From contig JAFGGG010000042.1 in assembly GCA_016930675.1 (NCBI GenBank), forward strand, positions 16,423 to 80,422: 64,000 nt of DNA. Direction: 5' to 3'. Position 1 is the first letter of the stretch. Every line of letters starts with the position of its first letter. This stretch comes from Spirochaetales bacterium (lineage in GTDB: Bacteria; Spirochaetota; Spirochaetia; SZUA-6; RPPD01). Below the pieces are notes generated by a model. It was given only the letters and a program-made list of their open reading frames with translations, had not been told where the DNA came from and did no database searches. Positions 29,197 through 37,285 of the stretch are shown one piece after another. The translations under genes and the position numbers were made by a program.

Positions 29197-29633
29197 TATG
29201 ATTTTTCCTCCTGTTTTATTTTTGTTTTTACCGCGTTCACCAAGCAGGGAGGAGAGACTAAGAGGCTGTTTCCCGTGCTGAGATCAACCGCCATCTGTAC
29301 TGTTTCAGCTTTATTGAACATCGCTTTGGAGCCGGGATCGATTATCACATAACCGATTCTGATACGATGCTTATACTCCAACAGCGTGGCACGAATAATG
29401 AATTCCTGATTGTAGAAAATCGGTTTGATATACTTCAGTTTCATGCTTACTATGGGCCATATGTACCCACTGTCTTCCATCTCTTGATAGTTAAAGCCGA
29501 TTGTATCCAGCAGAGCGCACCGCGCTTTTTCCATATATTTCACATAATTACCATGCCAAACTACTTTCATTGCATCCACATCATAATATTCAGATTTCAA
29601 CCTGACTTCGGCAAACAAAAGCTTAGCTGTCAT
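29196..29633 (-). CDS. 4HBT-family (hotdog) acyl thioesterase (ApeK-like)
   Basis: YYDVDAMKVVWHGNYVKYME motif typical of 4HBT thioesterases. The longest ORF extends to 29711 but overlaps the lyase gene by 89 bp, so the start is more likely the internal Met (~29633). Confidence 0.55.
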   Translation of the reverse strand: MTAKLLFAEVRLKSEYYDVDAMKVVWHGNYVKYMEKARCALLDTIGFNYQEMEDSGYIWPIVSMKLKYIKPIFYNQEFIIRATLLEYKHRIRIGYVIIDPGSKAMFNKAETVQMAVDLSTGNSLLVSPPCLVNAVKTKIKQEEKS

Positions 29634-31158
29634 AATTAAGGCTCCAATGACGACTTCTGATGAGAGTAACGATTTCTCGTAATTCTTTTTCCAAAGGCCG
29701 GTCTTCATCAATAAATGTAAAAACTTCGTATATTTGATCTAGAGTATCTGCAACAGGTTCGAGCATTTCCGTTTTCAGTTCACCGGCTTTTTTTCGCAGC
29801 TCTATGGCTTGAGCCACGGCAAGCAGACAGGCGGCGGTTACCTGTTCCGTCAGTTCAAGAACGCGAATACAGTCCCGCGCGGAAATCGTACCCATACTCA
29901 CCTTATCCTGGTTGTGGCATTCCGTGGATCTGGAGAAGACGCTTGCGGGCATAGTGTTCTTGAGAGCTTCCGCAGTCCAGGCTGACACACCGATCTGTAC
30001 AGCCTTGAACCCATGGTTGTAGGAGTGGTCTTTGCTCCCGGAAAGATTGGGAGGAAGACCTCGATTGTATTTTTCATCAACCAAGACAGCCAGCTGTCGG
30101 TCCAGCAGGTCTGCGATATTGGCAATAATATTCTTTAAAGAGTCCATTACAAATGCGATATGACCGCCGTAAAAATGTCCTCCGTGCATAATTGAACGGC
30201 TTTTCGGATCTATAATGGGATTATCATTCGCGCTATTCAATTCGTTTTCGATCATTTGTCTGAACAGAGCGGCTGAATCATAGAAGATCCCGATTATGTG
30301 CGGAGCGCAGCGAAGTGAATAAGGATCCTGGATTCGTTCGGCCGTAATTCCCATTTTTGCATAACATTCCAAATCCTTAAGGATTCTACTTGCTGACAGA
30401 TTTTGCCCGGGATGGTTCTTAACCGCGAAAAGTTTTTCATCAAAATGATGCGCGTTGCCTTTAAGCGCCAGTACAATCATGGCGGTGATGCGGCAGGATA
30501 AATCAGCGAGGTATTCAGCTCGTTTGAAGGCGAAACAGGCTATGGCTGTCATCACCGCTGTTCCGTTCATTATGGCTAAACCTTCCTTGGGACGGAGTTT
30601 GACCAAAGGAAGATCGAGTTTATCCAAAATGTCTTTTGCCGATCGCTTTTCCCCTTTATACAGTACGTCCCGTTCTCCTATGAGAACTGCTGCGACATAG
30701 GAGAGTGGCGTGAGATCGCCGCTGGCTCCGACGGAACCTTCCTGGGGGATAAGGGGCAGAATGTCGTGGTGCAGCAGTTCTGCCAAACCCTGGAGAAGCT
30801 CGTAACTTACACCGGAAAAACCCAGACAGAGAGATTGAAGCCGAGTCGCGATAATAGCTCTGGTGGTCTCTTCATCAAAATAATCGCCAAGGCCGCAGCC
30901 GTGAAAGCGAGTCAGATTAACGGGGAGATTGTGATACCGCTTATCTGGTACGGTTTTGCTGCAGGAATCACCAAATCCTGTGGTTACTCCGTAAATATTT
31001 CCATTGGCGGCCAGGACCTCATCAAGGAACTGAGCGCCGCTGTTGATTTTTTTCTTGAAAGATTCGTCTTTTGCCAACACGGCGGCAAGCTGTTGTTTGG
31101 ACAGTCCTATGATATTTTCAATAGTCAGTCGTTCTCCGTTAAATTCTACATGGTTCAT
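29623..31158 (-). CDS. MIO-dependent aromatic amino-acid ammonia-lyase (HAL/PAL/TAL family; context suggests tyrosine/phenylalanine ammonia-lyase)
   Basis: 511 aa. MIO-forming triad Ala-Ser-Gly in GSVGASGDLTPLSYVA. FHGCGLG segment places His at the expected selectivity-switch position. No hut genes nearby. Confidence 0.8.
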   Translation of the reverse strand: MNHVEFNGERLTIENIIGLSKQQLAAVLAKDESFKKKINSGAQFLDEVLAANGNIYGVTTGFGDSCSKTVPDKRYHNLPVNLTRFHGCGLGDYFDEETTRAIIATRLQSLCLGFSGVSYELLQGLAELLHHDILPLIPQEGSVGASGDLTPLSYVAAVLIGERDVLYKGEKRSAKDILDKLDLPLVKLRPKEGLAIMNGTAVMTAIACFAFKRAEYLADLSCRITAMIVLALKGNAHHFDEKLFAVKNHPGQNLSASRILKDLECYAKMGITAERIQDPYSLRCAPHIIGIFYDSAALFRQMIENELNSANDNPIIDPKSRSIMHGGHFYGGHIAFVMDSLKNIIANIADLLDRQLAVLVDEKYNRGLPPNLSGSKDHSYNHGFKAVQIGVSAWTAEALKNTMPASVFSRSTECHNQDKVSMGTISARDCIRVLELTEQVTAACLLAVAQAIELRKKAGELKTEMLEPVADTLDQIYEVFTFIDEDRPLEKELREIVTLIRSRHWSLNYDS

Positions 31159-32141
31159 TTAGATGCTCCCTTATTGTTGTTTTTTAAGGTCTGAGGAGTT
31201 TTCCAGAAATCAAAAAAATTATACCATTGATAAGGATGCTTGCGGCATAGATCTTCCAGATAGTGGATATATTCTTCCATTAAACCCTTAATTTTAGCCA
31301 TGCGTTCCTTTCGTGATCCGGAAAGATCAAATTTGGATTTATAGACATGGAATTCATAGGGACTCTTCAGATCTAGATCATGTTTGCGAACTGCGAACAT
31401 ATGATAAAGCGGTGCGTCCAGAAGACTGGCAAGAATAAATGCGCCTATTGGCAAATGCGCCTCTTTACCGAGAAATTTAAGAACTATGGTTTTTGATTGG
31501 TTTTTAGCGGCCGTTCTGTCCGCGGCAATGATTACAAGTTCACCTTGATTAAGCCGGTTTGAAAGATCGATAATGGTATCGGCTCCGATCGCCGAAGCAC
31601 TGATGAGCCGCAACATTGAAGCAGGATTTATTTCTGAAAGCAGTCTGTTAAATTTGCTTGTACCGGAAAAGTCTACGATTGAGTTAATACCGAATGGCGG
31701 AAGAGATGTGCCGGCTTCAAGACTGGCGAGCGCGCGCAGCATCTCCGTATTGCCTAAATGTGAACAGAGAATAACGGCACCTTTTCCATCTATAAGCTGT
31801 TTGACCAGCAGGTCGATATCCGAACTCTTTAACAAGAGATCTTTAACGGTAATCTGTTGTGACCAGGCAGCGAGTTTTTCTAAAAGCGCGTAGGCAAAAC
31901 AATAAAAGTGCCTGTACACGTTTTTCAATGTGACGGAAGGCAGATGCTCAAGACGGGCTACTGCGCTCAGGAAGTTTCTGCTTACTCTCCGGGAACCCGG
32001 TGAAAAGAGAAAGAAAAAAAATACAATAAAATGCAGAAGGGTTCTCATCGTATGCAGACCAAGGTTGCGGTAGAGATTGAAGACTAATTTCATTTGCCAG
32101 ACGCTGCCGGCCATCTCTTTCTGTTTCGACCAATGAGTCAT
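31155..32141 (-). CDS. LpxL/HtrB-like lysophospholipid (lipid A-type) acyltransferase (ApeJ-like)
   Basis: N-terminal TM helix. H-x4-acid segment (CSHLGNTE). 328 aa. Family assignment from overall pattern and position. Confidence 0.55.
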   Translation of the reverse strand: MTHWSKQKEMAGSVWQMKLVFNLYRNLGLHTMRTLLHFIVFFFFLFSPGSRRVSRNFLSAVARLEHLPSVTLKNVYRHFYCFAYALLEKLAAWSQQITVKDLLLKSSDIDLLVKQLIDGKGAVILCSHLGNTEMLRALASLEAGTSLPPFGINSIVDFSGTSKFNRLLSEINPASMLRLISASAIGADTIIDLSNRLNQGELVIIAADRTAAKNQSKTIVLKFLGKEAHLPIGAFILASLLDAPLYHMFAVRKHDLDLKSPYEFHVYKSKFDLSGSRKERMAKIKGLMEEYIHYLEDLCRKHPYQWYNFFDFWKTPQTLKNNNKGASK

Positions 32142-32914
32142 CGGCTTTCTCCTTTTTTTAAATGCCGTTTTATTTTTTTTAAAATCAGATGGGGGAATTT
32201 TATCAGCATATTAAAAAAGAGAATTGTGTGAATCCGGCTGATCGCCAGATTGTCTCTGAATAAATGAAAATGAGATCTTCCTCCTTCGGGATAGATTATT
32301 TTAATGGGGAGAAATTTCATCCGTACTCCCATCCAGTAAAGACGTACGAGAATTTCAATATCGAATTCCATTCGGAGCGAGAGGCGTTTTGAGCTCAACA
32401 AACGGTGGCAGGCTGTGAGAGGATATACTCTGAATCCACACATCGCGTCCGGGATCTCTCTGGAAATAGTCTCCACCATCACCCAAAAATTTGTGATTTC
32501 TCGTCCGATTTTACGGGACGTGGGTGCTGAGTCGTCGTATATGGGTTGCCCGGCAATTAACATGTCGGGAACCTTGTGAGCCTGGTCTAAAAAAATAACA
32601 ATTTGTTCCAGATCATGCTGGCCGTCGGCATCTATCTGAAGAGCATGGGAAAATCCTGCTTCATATGCTTTTTTAAGGCCATAAGCCACGGCGCTGCCTT
32701 TACCGCGGTTGACCGGCAATGTATGGAGTGCGCAGTTATCCATGCGCCGTGTGATCGCTCGCAACTGTTTTTTTGTATCCGCGTTGCTCCCGTCGTCTAT
32801 AAGCATGACGGGCAGGCCGTGATCGGCACAGGCATCAACAACATCTCCGACAGTCGAGCCGTGATTATACACCGGTATAATCACGCAGGGTCTAAACTCA
32901 GAAGCAAAGCTCAT
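32138..32914 (-). CDS. Family 2 glycosyltransferase (DPM1-like)
   Basis: VMLIDDGS and QIDADGQHD (DxD) motifs. 258 aa. Confidence 0.7.
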   Translation of the reverse strand: MSFASEFRPCVIIPVYNHGSTVGDVVDACADHGLPVMLIDDGSNADTKKQLRAITRRMDNCALHTLPVNRGKGSAVAYGLKKAYEAGFSHALQIDADGQHDLEQIVIFLDQAHKVPDMLIAGQPIYDDSAPTSRKIGREITNFWVMVETISREIPDAMCGFRVYPLTACHRLLSSKRLSLRMEFDIEILVRLYWMGVRMKFLPIKIIYPEGGRSHFHLFRDNLAISRIHTILFFNMLIKFPHLILKKIKRHLKKGESR

Positions 32915-34641
32915 GTTGTTTCCTTAAATATGATTTTTCCTTGAGAATAAGCTGTTCCATCCTGAGGATTTTTATAACTGAATTTTATTTGCTTATTATC
33001 TAAATTTAAATGAATATCGAGGTTTACCGGTGTGTCGGGGAAAATAGGTTTCAGCAGTTTAAACAGGGGTATTTTTTGCATAGCAATGTTAAGTCCAGAC
33101 TTTTTTTGTAAAAACTTCATGACCCAGTCCACCTGCGCCACGGCCGGGAGGATTTTCATTTCCGGGAAATGCCCTTGAAAGTGAATATAATCCTCAGGAA
33201 AACTTAATGTGAGCAATATTCTATCAATTTTCTGCTTACTGTCAAGGATTACGGGTTCCAAACAGTAGGCTGAAGCTTCTTTGTTAAACAGCTCCTTTAT
33301 GATGTTAATATTGATCTTTCCCTGGGTATTTCGTGGTATGGATTCGAGAAAGCGCCATTTTTTGGGTATGACCGTAAGTTCAAAATACGGTCGTAAAAAA
33401 TATCTAAAAAAGTCGTTGAGGTCTTTTTTCTGTTTGCCCTTGAATTTTATGCTTCCTTTCCGGTTGAGCACTACAGCAGCCGCCAAAAATTGACGACCCT
33501 TTTCCAGGGCAAGAACAATTACATCTTCAACAAGTCCGGTTTGGATGATTCTGTTTTCAACGTCGTTAAGTGCCACCCTCTTTTCTTCAATTTTAACGAT
33601 GGAATCCGTTCTGCCGAACAAGCGCAAGGTACCGTCATCGAGAATTTCTACACGGTCATCGATTGTAAGGAAACCGGATTCGCTTAAATAAGGGGATGAA
33701 AGAGCTAGATGTATTCCATCCGGCGATTTTATTTTGATGCCGGGGAATGGAGTCCAGGATAGGTTTCCCGGAGAAATTCTCCAGGCAATGCCGCCTGTTT
33801 CCGTGCTTCCATAGATCTCAAACACATCGGTTCCCAGATAAGCCCGACTTTGGACGGCAGAGAAGTCAGGGAGGAATCCTCCGGAAGAAAAAACCTTCCT
33901 GGGGGATTTCTTAAGCAGGGGAAGAGAGTTTTTATCACTAAGGCGCTTTAAAAAGGCGGGACTGGTGACAAGGACTGTGTTTTGTTTACCCACATGCGTC
34001 AAGCTTTCGGGATAATGAACTCTCATGGGAGCTATAGAGGATCCCAGACAAAAAGGCAACAGCGCTGTAAAAAGAAATCCATAGTAATGTTGCGGACTTA
34101 CGGTGGAGTAGACTGTTGCGTTGTGGTAATCATTACTCCAAAGCTTGGCCAGGTTTTTTAGCTCGTTTTCTATTTGGATAAAGGTTTTTGGGACCTGTTT
34201 GGGTTTTCCCGTACTTCCGGATGTATGAAATGTAATTAGGATTTTTCCCGCGTCTAAAAGGGGAAAATCTTGAGGGGCAGTCTCTGAAAACGATTCTTCA
34301 CTGAAGCATAACTTCAATGTTGCGTTTTCTACAGAATCACTTAATAGAGGAGCATCTGCTTCAGGTGAGGAAACCGGAATAATAGGCGCGGTATGAGGCA
34401 GATGTACTTCTTTTCCGCATTGCAATAAGGCAAACAGGCCGAGGATAAAGAGACTATGATCTTCTGCGAACAGACTCCAGCGATCGTTAGGGGAGGATGC
34501 AATTTTTGATCTTAAAAATTCAAGCTCGCGGGTAAAGCGGTTCCAGGTTATCGCCTTTCTTCCTTGTTGAGATATTGAAAACAGATGATCCTGATTTCTG
34601 GAGGATGAAGAGAGTGATAAGAGGGAAATATAATCTGTCAT
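32911..34641 (-). CDS. AMP-dependent (acyl/aryl)-CoA/ACP ligase fused to a C-terminal FabZ-like hotdog dehydratase domain (ApeH+ApeI-like)
   Basis: AMP-binding motif TSGSTGKPK. C-terminal ~130 aa with FabA/Z-like HFQGHFPEMKILPAV motif. 576 aa. Confidence 0.7.
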   Translation of the reverse strand: MTDYISLLSLSSSSRNQDHLFSISQQGRKAITWNRFTRELEFLRSKIASSPNDRWSLFAEDHSLFILGLFALLQCGKEVHLPHTAPIIPVSSPEADAPLLSDSVENATLKLCFSEESFSETAPQDFPLLDAGKILITFHTSGSTGKPKQVPKTFIQIENELKNLAKLWSNDYHNATVYSTVSPQHYYGFLFTALLPFCLGSSIAPMRVHYPESLTHVGKQNTVLVTSPAFLKRLSDKNSLPLLKKSPRKVFSSGGFLPDFSAVQSRAYLGTDVFEIYGSTETGGIAWRISPGNLSWTPFPGIKIKSPDGIHLALSSPYLSESGFLTIDDRVEILDDGTLRLFGRTDSIVKIEEKRVALNDVENRIIQTGLVEDVIVLALEKGRQFLAAAVVLNRKGSIKFKGKQKKDLNDFFRYFLRPYFELTVIPKKWRFLESIPRNTQGKININIIKELFNKEASAYCLEPVILDSKQKIDRILLTLSFPEDYIHFQGHFPEMKILPAVAQVDWVMKFLQKKSGLNIAMQKIPLFKLLKPIFPDTPVNLDIHLNLDNKQIKFSYKNPQDGTAYSQGKIIFKETT

Positions 34642-35225
34642 CTGCTCAACTTTACTTTTCTATAAAGATATTCTCCTGCCAACAGTGCTCCAATGAAAAT
34701 GTAGGAGATGAAGCCATTATAAATTGCCCAGATAATTTCATCTGCCAGGAAAGCGGTGAGCGCGGAAACAGAGCCGTTGAAAATAAAAAAAATACACCAG
34801 ATTCGGGTTACGACCATGCAGTATGATTTGATGGCTTTATTGTCCGCTGAATCGGGGATGCTCTTATCTTTAAGAATCGCGAAACGGTAGATCATGGAGG
34901 GGCCGCGGAATAAGGTGAAACCAAAGCTTGCAAGCAAGGATATATTTATAATTACGGGGTAAAGTTTGAGAAGTCCTGCATTCTCGGTTAGAAATGTCAA
35001 AAACGCAAGCGCCGCAACCACAATGGTCATCACCCAGAATTGTATGCCGCGGAATCCTTTACTCTTTCCATCCCCGGAATAAGTGATAAAATACACGAGA
35101 CCGATGGCCACAAGGGCAAGCACTAACACTCTTGGACTTGCCTTGAACCAGAGAAATCCGATCAGAATTGTAAAAGGATATAGTACGGAAAGGATAAAAA
35201 GTACAATTTTTAGTACTCGATTCAC
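34638..35225 (-). CDS. Polytopic membrane protein (hypothetical; cluster-associated)
   Basis: 195 aa, 5-6 predicted TM helices. Confidence 0.45.
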   Translation of the reverse strand: MNRVLKIVLFILSVLYPFTILIGFLWFKASPRVLVLALVAIGLVYFITYSGDGKSKGFRGIQFWVMTIVVAALAFLTFLTENAGLLKLYPVIINISLLASFGFTLFRGPSMIYRFAILKDKSIPDSADNKAIKSYCMVVTRIWCIFFIFNGSVSALTAFLADEIIWAIYNGFISYIFIGALLAGEYLYRKVKLSR

Positions 35226-35488
35226 TAAACCGGTCCATTATTCTCTTTTATAAGCTGATGAACGGCATCCACGATATCTCCTACGTTCCGCACATTTTTA
35301 AATACTTCGGGAGCTATTTTGCGATCAGTGTAGTTTTGAAGTTTGACAATTAAATCCACAGCATCAATGCTGTCCAGATCCATGTCTTCAAAAAGCCGGG
35401 TCTCGGATTTGATATTTTCTTTTGGAATTTCAAAAGTTTCATTGAGTATGGTGGCGACCTCTTTGAATATGTTTTCTTTAGACATCAT
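35225..35488 (-). CDS. Acyl carrier protein
   Basis: 87 aa. Phosphopantetheine-attachment Ser in DLDSIDAVDL. Confidence 0.7.
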   Translation of the reverse strand: MMSKENIFKEVATILNETFEIPKENIKSETRLFEDMDLDSIDAVDLIVKLQNYTDRKIAPEVFKNVRNVGDIVDAVHQLIKENNGPV

Positions 35489-35500
35489 TTTTTTCTCCAG

Positions 35501-35785
35501 TTATTTATTACGTTCGCCCTCAGCTATAAAATTGGCAAGTGTGCGTACAGAATAAAAGTGTTTCTGATTATCTTTATCTTCAGCAGATAGATTTATATTA
35601 TACTTTTTTTTAATCGCTATGCCGAGTTCCAACGCGTCGATTGAATCCAAACCAAGGCCTTCTCCGAACAGGGGTGCCTCGGGATCAATATCTTCAGGAG
35701 TAATATCCTCTAAATCAAGCGAGTTGATGATTATTAATTTTATTTGCGCTTCGAGATTCTTCATTGAACTATGATTTTTATCCAT
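35501..35785 (-). CDS. Acyl carrier protein (second copy)
   Basis: 94 aa. GLGLDSIDALEL motif. Confidence 0.7.
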   Translation of the reverse strand: MDKNHSSMKNLEAQIKLIIINSLDLEDITPEDIDPEAPLFGEGLGLDSIDALELGIAIKKKYNINLSAEDKDNQKHFYSVRTLANFIAEGERNK

Positions 35786-36548
35786 TAATAATAGCTTTTT
35801 TCAAATCTTGCGTCAATAGTCTTGACGCTTTGGCTATGGACAAGTCAGTATATTTTTTGGGTTCTAAGAGGCTTTTTATCTTTAAATGATACCTCACAAT
35901 CCCGGAATCAGGTGATGAGAAAGCTGAATCACCTTTTGCAAGTCCTTTAGGGGAACCGGCAGAAATCTGAATCGGGAGGATGCTGAACCCTGTGCGGAGG
36001 GATATCTGCGCAGCACTTCGCTGCAGCCTGATATTCTGACTGTCCATAGTCCGCGTTCCTTCAGGAAAAATAATGAGATTATTCCCTTTCCTGAGTGAAC
36101 GGTCACATGCTTTTATGGTATCTTCCGCATTCAATGAATTGGGAATGTATACGCTTCTCACCACACCCTTGATGAAAATATTATTCCAGAGTTTGGCTTT
36201 GACAATACAATCAGCCTGGGGCACTAAACTCATAAGGATTACCACGTCAATAAGTGAGGGATGGTTTGCGCAGATTATCATGTGACGGAAATTTTTTATT
36301 ATTGTTACGTTATCGACTTTTAAACTTATAAGTCTTAAGAATCTCATTAGATAAACGAATATGCTAAAGCTGAAACGAATAATGCTGCGTTTGATATGAC
36401 TGAGGCGATCTCCGTGCTGGATAAAAATATTAATAACGGGAAATAAGATGTTCGCCAGAATAAGGCTGCCTATACCGAACCAAAAAAAAGCATAAAACTT
36501 GGCTATTACATGATATACCTGACGGATTTTTTTATAGACAAACATCAT
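35778..36548 (-). CDS. 1-acyl-sn-glycerol-3-phosphate acyltransferase-family protein (PlsC-like; ApeD-like)
   Basis: HX4D motif NHPSLIDV. FPEGTRT motif. N-terminal TM segment. Confidence 0.7.
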   Translation of the reverse strand: MMFVYKKIRQVYHVIAKFYAFFWFGIGSLILANILFPVINIFIQHGDRLSHIKRSIIRFSFSIFVYLMRFLRLISLKVDNVTIIKNFRHMIICANHPSLIDVVILMSLVPQADCIVKAKLWNNIFIKGVVRSVYIPNSLNAEDTIKACDRSLRKGNNLIIFPEGTRTMDSQNIRLQRSAAQISLRTGFSILPIQISAGSPKGLAKGDSAFSSPDSGIVRYHLKIKSLLEPKKYTDLSIAKASRLLTQDLKKAIING

Positions 36549-37285
36549 GAGGGATTAGTCCTTAACATCATTTTTATTCCGGAGGCATGACAGCTAAAGG
36601 GATCCTGGCTGTCCGTGGCAAGCCAGCGCAGAAAACAAAGAGGATGCTCAGGAGATGTATTGTTGGCAGAGCTATTAATCTCAATTGTACAGGCGCGTGA
36701 TCCGGGCAGTGATGTGGAAGAGAAAAGCACTCCCAAAGCATAAGGTTCCGGAATAGAACTAAACAGAGAATGATAAGCGGGGGGAATATTCTCATCGGCA
36801 AAAATAACCATGCAGTCCTTTCCCGTATTTGATTGAAGAAATCCTATCATTTCCAAAAAAGCCACAACGAGGCATTGGTCGCCTGAGTAGACCGCTGAAC
36901 TTGTTTCATTGTTTCCTTCGGCGATAGACAGGAGAAACGCCGGCGCGTTGAAAACAGAAAGACTAAAAACGGCCGGGCTTACCTCCTGGGTATCGATAAG
37001 CTGTTTTGAGATCTTGTACTGTTTATTGATTTCTCCGTAGTGCGACGCAAAAACACAGGGTGTCTGCTTCTCAGCCGGTATCAGAGTGTGCCCTATGTGC
37101 AGAACCATCTTGCTCAGCTGGCTAAGTCTGCGTCGGAAAAGAGACGGCAGAAATTCCAAAGCAGGTGTTTCTGATGTCTTGCGAATTTCCGTTTCCCCTC
37201 GCCCCCAGGATTGCACGGCTTGAACGGTTTCTAATCCCGGAGCCCAGGCTGTCCATCGGGATAGATACAGAGAAAAGCTTTTCAT
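36545..37285 (-). CDS. Beta-ketoacyl synthase-like N-terminal-domain protein (chain-length-factor-like partner; ApeC-like)
   Basis: 246 aa, no active-site Cys motif. Sits in the slot of the truncated KS-like protein of ape clusters. Assigned by position and weak thiolase-fold similarity. Confidence 0.4.
   Translation of the reverse strand: MKSFSLYLSRWTAWAPGLETVQAVQSWGRGETEIRKTSETPALEFLPSLFRRRLSQLSKMVLHIGHTLIPAEKQTPCVFASHYGEINKQYKISKQLIDTQEVSPAVFSLSVFNAPAFLLSIAEGNNETSSAVYSGDQCLVVAFLEMIGFLQSNTGKDCMVIFADENIPPAYHSLFSSIPEPYALGVLFSSTSLPGSRACTIEINSSANNTSPEHPLCFLRWLATDSQDPFSCHASGIKMMLRTNPS

Noticed and set aside
29623-31158. Ammonia-lyase as part of a histidine-utilisation (hut) operon.
   Set aside because: No hutU/hutI/hutG neighbours. 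The gene is overlapped on both sides by cluster genes (acyltransferase, thioesterase) in the ape-like operon.
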